Assembly (NCBI GenBank): GCA_964593045.1
Contig: CAZQJQ010000004.1
Coordinates: 18,619-50,618, forward strand
Length of the DNA: 32,000 nt
Direction of reading: 5' to 3'
DNA from: an uncultured Clostridiaceae bacterium
Lineage (GTDB): Bacteria; Bacillota; Clostridia; TANB77; CAG-465
The notes under the pieces are model-generated. The model saw only the letters and a list, made by a program, of their open reading frames with translations. It searched no databases and had not been told where the DNA came from. Of the stretch, positions 9,535 to 16,459 are shown piece after piece. The position numbers and the translations under genes are program-made. Positions within the stretch are counted from its first letter, which is position 1. Every line of letters starts with the position of its first letter.

Positions 9535-9543
9535 ATTATATCA
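9535..9543 (-). promoter_or_regulatory. extended -10 promoter element (TGaTATAAT) proximal to walR-like start
   Basis: The minus strand reads TTTATGATATAATTT about 35 nt upstream of the ATG. The -35 is poor. Confidence 0.45.
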
Positions 9544-9684
9544 TAAACTTTTTTTTTTGCTATATTTTTGTTAAAATTTTTATATTTTTTTGTAAGTTTT
9601 TTGTAATAACACAATAATATTAATGTTTTTTAAAAAAAATTATATATTATGTATATATTTCAATAAATTGTAAATAATATTTAT

Positions 9685-9724
9685 AGCTATATATATAGTT
9701 AATATATAGTTAATATATAGTTAT
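9685..9724. promoter_or_regulatory. phased direct hexamer repeats AGTTAA-N5-AGTTAA-N5-AGTTAT, plus a degenerate AGCTAT; candidate WalR-type binding array
   Basis: Hexamers lie at 9697-9702, 9708-9713 and 9719-9724, an exact 11-bp period. A degenerate copy sits at 9685-9690. Each matches the WalR consensus TGTWAH at 5 of 6 positions. Confidence 0.4.
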
Positions 9725-9781
9725 TTTAAAATTTGCCTTTTATTCACGAAAGACAATATTAGAAAATGTGAAAAAGGCAAT

Positions 9782-9809
9782 AAAGGAGGTGGCAAAAACC
9801 ACCTCCTTT
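9782..9809 (-). terminator. intrinsic terminator of recR
   Basis: AAAGGAGGTGG-caaaaa-CCACCTCCTTT is a perfect 11-bp stem overlapping the recR stop codon. A U-rich tract follows on the minus strand (ATTGCCTTTTTC). Confidence 0.75.
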
Positions 9810-10401
9810 ACATTTGTCTTCTTCCTTCTAATGCTTTTATCAAAGTTATTTCATCAGTATATTCAAGATCTCCACCAACAGGAATTCCATGTGCAATTCT
9901 TGTAACGGTTATTCCAAGTGGCTTTATTAATCTGGAAATATACATTGCTGTTGCTTCTCCCTCTATAGTCGGATTAGTGGCAAGAATAACTTCTTTTATT
10001 CTTTCATCTTTTAACCTTTCAAGCAACTCTTTTATCTTTATATCTGCTGCTGTAATATTATTCATTGGTGATATTGCGCCATGCAAAACATGATACTTTC
10101 CTTTATATTCATGTGTCTTTTCCATTGCGACAACATCTTTTACATTTTCTACAACGCATAATATACTGTCATCCCTTTTTAAGTTTGAACAAATTTCACA
10201 AGGATCTTCTTCTGTTATATTAAAACATTTTGAACAAAATTTTACTTTTTCCTTTGCATTTTTTACTGTTTCTATTAGTTCATTTGCTACATTATTATCT
10301 GATTCTAATATATAAAAAGCAAGTCGTGTTGCAGATTTATTGCCAATACCTGGCATTTTTTCAAATTGTTTTATTAATTTGTTAATTGCATTTGAATACA
10401 T
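9808..10401 (-). CDS. recR: recombination protein RecR
   Basis: Helix-hairpin-helix start (LPGIGNKSATRLAF), a C4 zinc finger (CSKC...CEIC), and a Toprim domain (ILCVVENVKDV ... ILATNPTIEGEATA). Confidence 0.95.
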   Translation of the reverse strand: MYSNAINKLIKQFEKMPGIGNKSATRLAFYILESDNNVANELIETVKNAKEKVKFCSKCFNITEEDPCEICSNLKRDDSILCVVENVKDVVAMEKTHEYKGKYHVLHGAISPMNNITAADIKIKELLERLKDERIKEVILATNPTIEGEATAMYISRLIKPLGITVTRIAHGIPVGGDLEYTDEITLIKALEGRRQM

Positions 10402-10415
10402 ATCTACCCCATTAT

Positions 10416-10754
10416 CTAAAATAACCCTGGAACATTAAATTGTCCAAGTTCACTTTGCATCATACTATCTGCTTTTGTAAGTGCTTCATTTACTGCTGTA
10501 AGTATTAAGTCTTGTAACATTTCAACATCATCTTTGTCTACAACTTCAGGATTAATTTTTATTTCTTTTATAACTTTATTTCCTGTTGCTTTTACAACAA
10601 CGGCTCCACCACCTGCTGAAGTTTCAATTTCTTTTACCGCAATCTCCTCTTGTTTTTTTTGCATATCTGTTTGCATTTTTTGTGCTTGCTTAATTAGGTT
10701 TTGCATATTACCAAAACCTCCCATTCCTCCTTGGAAACCTCCATATTTACCCAT
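10416..10754 (-). CDS. ybaB: YbaB/EbfC-family nucleoid-associated protein
   Basis: 112 aa. The N-terminus [21 protein letters not shown] and the conserved position between dnaX and recR both fit. Confidence 0.92.
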   Translation of the reverse strand: MGKYGGFQGGMGGFGNMQNLIKQAQKMQTDMQKKQEEIAVKEIETSAGGGAVVVKATGNKVIKEIKINPEVVDKDDVEMLQDLILTAVNEALTKADSMMQSELGQFNVPGLF

Positions 10755-10770
10755 TTAAATCACCCTTTCT

Positions 10771-12357
10771 TTAATCTATTTGTTTAAATTCTATATCTGA
10801 ATTTTTTAAACATTCCTCTATTTTTGAAACAGAAGAACTCTTTTTTTCTTTTAAAATTATTTTTACTTCTTTTTGTATATTATATTTTTCTTTTAATGTA
10901 TCAATTATATCTTGCTTAGAGCTATCTAATTTTAATCTTGAATACGCAAACGAATTATCTGTCACAATATATATATTTTCTTCATCTTCAAACATTTTTG
11001 CTTTTGCAAGTACGGAATATGTTGTTATTTTACCTCTTGAACATAGTTCATTTTTAAAATTTTCTGATTCTTTAAATTCTTTTTTACATATATCTTCTTT
11101 TGAAGTATCTTTATTCTTTTCATATTTAATATTAGTATCTTCAGTTGTATTTGATTGTAGAAATTCTTCACCTTTTTTTGTCTGTATATCCCCTATATTT
11201 TTTTCAAATGATAAAACCTTCTCTTCAAGTTTTTCAATTTTTTTAAATAGCATATCTATATACTCGTTATTATCATTGTTTTCAATATTTTTTTCTCCTA
11301 TAGCATTTTTTTCTTTTTCATTTTTTAAGATTGATATATTACACATTTCTACAATTGTTGCTTTAAATAGTATAGCGGGCTTTGAACTATTTCGTATATC
11401 ATTGTCTAATTTTGATAGTCTATCTATTAAATATATATATCTTTCTTTTGATGTATTATCACTATTTTGTTGATTTATTAAGAGTTCTAAAAACTTCTCA
11501 CTTAATCTATATGCTAATTCTCTTAAATCTTTCCCTTTATCTAAAATATTGTCAATAACTTTAATTGATGATATACTATCAAAGTTTAAAATACTATTTG
11601 TTAATTCATCTATTGATTCTTTATCTGCTAATCCTATTATATTTTCTATATCTTTTATTTTAATTTTTTCTTTTGACTGTGCTATACATCTATCTAGTAT
11701 ACTAAGTGCATCTCTTGCTCCTCCATCAGCAAGTTTTGCAATATATTCTAGTGCCTCTTCTTCATACTGGATATTTTCACTTTCTAATACTTTTTTTAAT
11801 ATTATTTGTATATTGTCTTTTGATACTTTATTAAATTCAAATCTTAAGCATCTAGAAAGTATTGTTACAGGAATTTTATGTTGTTCTGTTGTAGCCAATA
11901 TAAATATTACATTTTTAGGAGGTTCTTCTAATGTTTTAAGTAATGCATTAAATGCACTTGTTGTCAACATATGTGCCTCATCTATTATATATATTCTATA
12001 TTTAGCATCTACTGTAGCATATGCAACTTCTTGCCTTATTTGCCTTATATTATCTACACTATTATTTGAGGCAGCATCCATCTCTATTATATCAGTAGAA
12101 TTACCTTCTAATATGCTTTTACACATTTCACATTTGTTACATGGTTCTCCATCTACTGGAGATAAGCAATTTACTGCTCTTGCAAAAACTTTTGCAGCAG
12201 ATGTTTTCCCTGTACCTCTACTACCACTAAAAATGTATGCATGAGATATCTTTCCCTCTTTTATTTGATTTTTTAATATTGTTGTTACATTTTGCTGCCC
12301 TACTATATCATTAAAAGTTGTTGGCCTGTATTTTCTATATAACGCTATATATGACAT
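10771..12357 (-). CDS. dnaX: DNA polymerase III subunits gamma/tau
   Basis: LYRKYRP, Walker A GSRGTGKTS, zinc module CLSP..CNKCEMC, Walker B IYIIDEAHML, and the SRC motif. GGAGGTG precedes the ATG at 12357. Confidence 0.95.
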   Translation of the reverse strand: MSYIALYRKYRPTTFNDIVGQQNVTTILKNQIKEGKISHAYIFSGSRGTGKTSAAKVFARAVNCLSPVDGEPCNKCEMCKSILEGNSTDIIEMDAASNNSVDNIRQIRQEVAYATVDAKYRIYIIDEAHMLTTSAFNALLKTLEEPPKNVIFILATTEQHKIPVTILSRCLRFEFNKVSKDNIQIILKKVLESENIQYEEEALEYIAKLADGGARDALSILDRCIAQSKEKIKIKDIENIIGLADKESIDELTNSILNFDSISSIKVIDNILDKGKDLRELAYRLSEKFLELLINQQNSDNTSKERYIYLIDRLSKLDNDIRNSSKPAILFKATIVEMCNISILKNEKEKNAIGEKNIENNDNNEYIDMLFKKIEKLEEKVLSFEKNIGDIQTKKGEEFLQSNTTEDTNIKYEKNKDTSKEDICKKEFKESENFKNELCSRGKITTYSVLAKAKMFEDEENIYIVTDNSFAYSRLKLDSSKQDIIDTLKEKYNIQKEVKIILKEKKSSSVSKIEECLKNSDIEFKQID

Positions 12358-12374
12358 AAACACCTCCTATAACA

Positions 12375-12460
12375 AAAGACATCAAACACATAGAGTTTAC
12401 CGTTTATTGCTGCTTCCTTCCGGACCTGACAAGGTTCACAGCTCTCTATTGTTTGATGAT
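12375..12460 (-). ncRNA. ffs: signal recognition particle RNA, short (4.5S-like) form
   Basis: The minus strand reads AUCAUCAAACAAUAGAGAGCUGUGAACCUUGUCAGGUCCGGAAGGAAGCAGCAAUAAACGGUAAACUCUAUGUGUUUGAUGUCUUUU. It contains the universally conserved GUCAGGUCCGGAAGGAAGCAGC domain IV. The 5' and 3' arms pair (CAUCAAACA/UGUUUGAUG and AUAGAG/CUCUAU). The position upstream of dnaX is the classical one. Confidence 0.85.
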
Positions 12461-12466
12461 AGGGTA

Positions 12467-12495
12467 ATTATACACTATTTTTTTTATTTTTTCAA
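12467..12495 (-). promoter_or_regulatory. near-consensus sigma-A promoter of ffs
   Basis: Minus strand: TTGAAA (12490-12495), exactly 17 nt, TATAAT (12467-12472). This places the transcription start at the first base of the predicted 5' arm. Confidence 0.65.
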
Positions 12496-12520
12496 GTATA
12501 TTTATTATTTAAATATTTTT

Positions 12521-13213
12521 TTATTCTACTATGAAATTATATGAAGATATACTTTGTCTTTCCACACTTATTCCTTTACTTATAATAGTATCTGAAGGTA
12601 AAGTAACATCAATTTTACATTTATTTATTTTACCTAAAGAGTCAATAATATTCAAATCAAAGGAAATTTCAAACTTAACTTCACTTATTTTTATATTCAT
12701 AATATTTAAAATGGTTCCGTCATATGTAACACTATTTACTCCTTCTGCTATTTTACTTTCAGTAACAAAATTTTTGTTATTTATATTTAATTCTATATAA
12801 TATTGTGAATCTTTTTCCTGTTTTTCAATAGGTATTTTTTCTTGTAAATTAGATAAATCATAACTTGTCTCTTTTGAAGCTTGAGAAAGTGTAAGTTCCC
12901 CCTTTTTTTCTGGCATAGTTACAGACACATTATCAATATATATTTCTTTTGCTTCTGAGCCTTCTGTTTTTGCAACAAGTATAGCAAATGTGTTATTTTG
13001 TGATAGATCAAATGCCATATCTGATAGATTTCCTTCTTGTTCAACTTCTTTTTCTTCAACGCCAACTGTAGATTTAATAACAAAATCGTTTATTCTAAAA
13101 TTACCTTGATTTAATTTTCCTGTTGTATCAAGTATGTAATTATACACTAACACTATTAATGCAACCACAATAAATGCACCTAGAATAAATAAAAATCTAT
13201 TGTTTTTTTTCAT
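12521..13213 (-). CDS. hypothetical membrane-anchored protein, 230 aa
   Basis: A single N-terminal TM (FLFILGAFIVVALIVLVYNYI) is followed by a beta-rich, Asn/Ser/Glu-rich ectodomain. GAGGTGG SD. Confidence 0.6.
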   Translation of the reverse strand: MKKNNRFLFILGAFIVVALIVLVYNYILDTTGKLNQGNFRINDFVIKSTVGVEEKEVEQEGNLSDMAFDLSQNNTFAILVAKTEGSEAKEIYIDNVSVTMPEKKGELTLSQASKETSYDLSNLQEKIPIEKQEKDSQYYIELNINNKNFVTESKIAEGVNSVTYDGTILNIMNIKISEVKFEISFDLNIIDSLGKINKCKIDVTLPSDTIISKGISVERQSISSYNFIVE

Positions 13214-13306
13214 AAATCCACCTCAATTATATGGTTATTATACTACATCTTTCATAAAATTACAACTATTTAAATATATATTAGTATATATTGTAGAGGT
13301 GCACAT

Positions 13307-13486
13307 ATGGATAATATTTTCAGTAATCTTAGATCGTATTTGCCTGATGGTTGTAATATTAGTGACATAGATATAAATAAACTGTTAGTAATAATATTAT
13401 TACTAACAGATAAATTACAAGTTGAAGCTATACATGTTTACAAAAATAACTTTGTAATTTCTCTTGGAACTTTTATCCAAGATTAG
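13307..13486 (+). CDS. possible small ORF, 59 aa, unknown
   Basis: Absent from the supplied ORF track; found by reading the sequence. GAGGTG lies 7 nt upstream of the ATG at 13307. Translation: MDNIFSNLRSYLPDGCNISDIDINKLLVIILLLTDKLQVEAIHVYKNNFVISLGTFIQD. Convergent with the T4CP gene. Confidence 0.3.
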   Translation: MDNIFSNLRSYLPDGCNISDIDINKLLVIILLLTDKLQVEAIHVYKNNFVISLGTFIQD

Positions 13487-13495
13487 TATTCTTTG

Positions 13496-15433
13496 CTATT
13501 TTCCAAACAATTCATCAAATTTTTTCTCTAACTCTTTTTGTAAATCAAATTCATCGTTAGGAGTATTCTCAATGACTTGTGCTGGACCTGATGAGGATTC
13601 TTCACTTTCGCTATTTGATTTATTTGCTAAATACTCTTTTGCTCTTTTCATTCTTTGTTCTAAGTATCCCATAACATCCATTGTCCTTATTTCTACTTCT
13701 GCTGGTTTTGGCATCTCAGATATATTATGTATCTCAGTAAGTTTTACTACATCTTTCATTGGATGATATTTATAGTACCAAGCTTTTTTTGCTTTAATTG
13801 GTCTTAATCCTCTTACAAGTAATACTTCTTCATTATTATTCATTCTTTTTAATTCATCTACTGTCATTAAATCTCTTGCTTGTCTTTGCTCACTATATGA
13901 TACTCCTTGCTTTTGTTTATCTTCTTTATCTTTTGATACAGATTTAGACTGGAATTTTATAGTTTTTTGTCCTAAACTTTTAGAAATATACTCGCATGTT
14001 TTATTTGATTGACTTCCAAGGAAAAGCTGTGTATCACAGTTACCAATTATATTTTCATATGTATCTTTATATAGTCCTTCCAATTGGTCTATACTTTGTA
14101 CAACTATTGATATACTTATTCCTAAACTTCTTGTTGTACTAAGTATTTTATTAAAATCAGGTATTTGACCTATATTTGCAAATTCATCAAGAAGTAAATA
14201 TACTTGATTGTTAAGAGTTCCACCATTTCTATTTGCTTGTGAATATAATATTTGTAACAACTGACTAAAAAATATTGTAAGTATATAATTATATGTTCCA
14301 TGTTCTGCTGGAGTTATAACAAAAAGAGCTGTTTTTTCATCACTTAATTCTTCAAAATCAATATCGTTTGTTGTAGTTATATTCATCATACTTGGAGTAT
14401 CAAAATGAGTTAGTTTTGATACTAAAGATATTGCTATACTTTGTTTTGTCTGATCAGCACCAAGCCTTATTCCTTCATATTCTTTTCTTCCTGGATGATC
14501 TGGTTTTAACTCTTCTACCAATAATTTAGTAAATACAGATTCATCCGCACCGCCAGCTCTTACTATATTTAAACAACTAGAAAGATTTTGTTCTTCATCT
14601 GGCAACATAGATATTACGTAGTATATACAAGCTTTAAGTAACATAGTAGCTGTATTATCCCAAAACGGATCACTAGACTTTCCTCCATCTTCTCCTCCTG
14701 ATCCAGATACAATAGTATGTGCTATTATATCTACATCTTTATGATCTCTTATATGTGCAAGCGGATTATATCTATCACTATACTCTGGATTTACTAAGTT
14801 CAATGTCTTTACTTTATATCCATTTGACTTCAAAAATCCCGAAGTTTCTCTATACAATTCACCTTTTGGATCTGTAATTACATACGAACCTAGAAGTTGT
14901 AATATATTAGGTTTAATATAGCATGCAGATTTACCTGTACCAGAACCACCTATTACTAGTATATTTTTATTTATTTCAACTTTTTTTAAATCAGTACCAA
15001 GATAATGATTTTTACTAAGTATAAAGCCATTTTTTCTGTTTAAAATTTCTCTTCCTGTTGATGACTTAACAAACTCTTCTCCATTTTTTGCCCAATCACT
15101 TGAACCATTTTCAATTCCATCGTATTCATGTTTACTTCCATTTTTAACATACCAATAAGCAACAAGTCCTATAAATATTATAAGGGTATAAAATGAAGCA
15201 GATAAAAACTTTGAAAATAAACCCTCAACTGTTATAATTTTATATATTACATCAAATGGATTTATAAGTGTAGACATATATTTAGAAGAAAATGCACTTA
15301 TTTTATCTATTATATTAAGTGAAGTATCTAACTGCGAACTTACAACTACTCCTGTACCTACTATTAAAATATCAACTATTAAATAAAATATTAAAAAAGG
15401 TACTATTTTACTTTTTAACCTTTGTATATCCAT
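13496..15433 (-). CDS. type IV secretion coupling protein (VirD4/TraG family T4CP)
   Basis: Two N-terminal TM helices, GSSDWA, Walker A VIGGSGTGKSACYIKPNILQ, VITDPKGE, SDPFWDNTA, Walker B LLLDEFANIGQIPDF, and TTRSLGISISIVVQSIDQL..GNCDTQLFLG. This is collinear with conjugative T4CPs of Firmicute ICEs. The C-terminal tail is acidic. Confidence 0.92.
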   Translation of the reverse strand: MDIQRLKSKIVPFLIFYLIVDILIVGTGVVVSSQLDTSLNIIDKISAFSSKYMSTLINPFDVIYKIITVEGLFSKFLSASFYTLIIFIGLVAYWYVKNGSKHEYDGIENGSSDWAKNGEEFVKSSTGREILNRKNGFILSKNHYLGTDLKKVEINKNILVIGGSGTGKSACYIKPNILQLLGSYVITDPKGELYRETSGFLKSNGYKVKTLNLVNPEYSDRYNPLAHIRDHKDVDIIAHTIVSGSGGEDGGKSSDPFWDNTATMLLKACIYYVISMLPDEEQNLSSCLNIVRAGGADESVFTKLLVEELKPDHPGRKEYEGIRLGADQTKQSIAISLVSKLTHFDTPSMMNITTTNDIDFEELSDEKTALFVITPAEHGTYNYILTIFFSQLLQILYSQANRNGGTLNNQVYLLLDEFANIGQIPDFNKILSTTRSLGISISIVVQSIDQLEGLYKDTYENIIGNCDTQLFLGSQSNKTCEYISKSLGQKTIKFQSKSVSKDKEDKQKQGVSYSEQRQARDLMTVDELKRMNNNEEVLLVRGLRPIKAKKAWYYKYHPMKDVVKLTEIHNISEMPKPAEVEIRTMDVMGYLEQRMKRAKEYLANKSNSESEESSSGPAQVIENTPNDEFDLQKELEKKFDELFGK

Positions 15434-15456
15434 ATTTTTTCCCCTCTTATTTCAAA

Positions 15457-15735
15457 TTACCATCTAAGCAATTCGTCTTCTGGCATTTTTTCTTCTTTTT
15501 GTTTTTCTTTCTTTTCTTGCTCCATTTTTAGCTTTTCTTCTTCTTTTTGTTTTTCTATTTCTTTTATTTTATCAACGCCCAAATCAGTAACTTTTATGCC
15601 TTGTTTTTCTAAATCCTCTATTTCTTTTTTCTTTTTCCTTGCAACTTCTTTACTATCTTTTATTACAATTTTTCCAGGTGTATACTCAAAAGATGCTGCT
15701 CTTACATTTACTTCATCCCAACTTATATCTTTCAT
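15457..15735 (-). CDS. small Lys/Glu-rich coiled-coil protein, 92 aa, unknown
   Basis: AAGGAGAAAGG SD. Sits 23 nt upstream of the T4CP start. The C-terminal half is a charged heptad-like low-complexity region. Confidence 0.6.
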   Translation of the reverse strand: MKDISWDEVNVRAASFEYTPGKIVIKDSKEVARKKKKEIEDLEKQGIKVTDLGVDKIKEIEKQKEEEKLKMEQEKKEKQKEEKMPEDELLRW

Positions 15736-15788
15736 ATTTTCCTTTCTCCTTTATATACAATAATATAATAACTAAAAATAAAATAATT

Positions 15789-16310
15789 TTAATTTTCACT
15801 ATTATTTTTATCTAATTTCAATTCTAAAACAATATATGGCCTACTAGGAAGAATCTTACATTTTCCTTTTACCGTATGTGTAATATCATCCATATATAAT
15901 GTAGGCTTCACTTCTTCTCCTGTCTGTGTATCTATTATTGAAAAATGCCTCTTTAAATTAGGAGTATATTCAATTTCTTTATGTTCTACCCCTTCTTGAT
16001 TAAATATTGTACCATAACTTAAAGGAACATTCCTATCAACCGGTGTAAATCCTTTTTCTGTAAGTTCACCTGTGCTAATAATAGCCTTGTTATTAGTAAG
16101 TGTAAGAAGAAGTATTAATTGTTTATCCGAATCAGCAATAACATTAAATGTTTTTTTAATTTTTCCTTCTTCTTCTATTTCTAAATGATCCAACTTTTGA
16201 AGTGATAATCCTGAACTTTGCTCCATACTAGCTTCTACCATAAATGCTAAAGTACTCATTCCAGGTAAATCTACAATTTCAAATTTGTTCATTTGTATTA
16301 ATGGTTCCAT
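15789..16310 (-). CDS. hypothetical cytoplasmic protein, about 173 aa; first gene of the T4CP operon
   Basis: No TM segment or signal peptide and no recognisable motif. GTGAGG SD favours the third ATG, at 16310; the ORF track starts at 16316. Confidence 0.65.
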   Translation of the reverse strand: MEPLIQMNKFEIVDLPGMSTLAFMVEASMEQSSGLSLQKLDHLEIEEEGKIKKTFNVIADSDKQLILLLTLTNNKAIISTGELTEKGFTPVDRNVPLSYGTIFNQEGVEHKEIEYTPNLKRHFSIIDTQTGEEVKPTLYMDDITHTVKGKCKILPSRPYIVLELKLDKNNSEN

Positions 16311-16410
16311 ATACATACCTCACTTTTTTGATCATATATTATCTTTCAAAATAATTATACTATATATTTATTTTATTATCAACGAATTTGTTAATTTTTA
16401 TGTATTTTCT

Positions 16411-16445
16411 AAAGAAAAAATGAAAGTATTTTAAATACCCTCATT
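16411..16445 (-). terminator. intrinsic terminator of the VanW-family gene
   Basis: Minus-strand RNA: AAUGAGGGUAUU-uaa-AAUACUUUCAUU (12-bp stem with two G-U pairs) followed by UUUUUUC. Confidence 0.6.
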
Positions 16446-16459
16446 TTATTTAATCTTTT

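Noticed and set aside
9685-9725. The 11-bp tandem repeats as a CRISPR array or minisatellite
   Set aside because: There are only three to four copies of an 11-nt unit and no spacers, far too short for CRISPR. The 11-bp phasing and position upstream of a response-regulator operon fit a protein-binding array better.
11549-12244. 231-aa plus-strand ORF inside dnaX
   Set aside because: It is antisense to a gene with unambiguous DnaX motifs. The product is Ser/Ile/Leu-rich low-complexity sequence with no SD. Long antisense ORFs like this are typical in A+T-rich genomes with few stop codons in that frame.
13464-13766. 100-aa plus-strand ORF overlapping the T4CP 3' end
   Set aside because: It is antisense to the conserved T4CP C-terminus. 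The short 59-aa ORF at 13307-13486, which has a real SD, better explains any plus-strand coding here.
15319-15763. Plus-strand Phe/Ser-rich ORFs 15319..15531 and 15422..15763
   Set aside because: They are the mirror image of the Lys/Glu-rich 92-aa gene and the T4CP 5' end, because AAG/GAA repeats read as TTC/CTT on the other strand. The minus-strand genes have good SD sequences and operon spacing. The plus-strand ORFs have neither.
13214-16459. Shared ATCTTTCA / ATTATACTA words in the two intergenic regions flanking the T4CP operon, considered as insertion-site direct repeats
   Set aside because: The shared words are only 8-9 nt, A+T-rich and in swapped order. This is compatible with chance and with promoter -10-like sequence.
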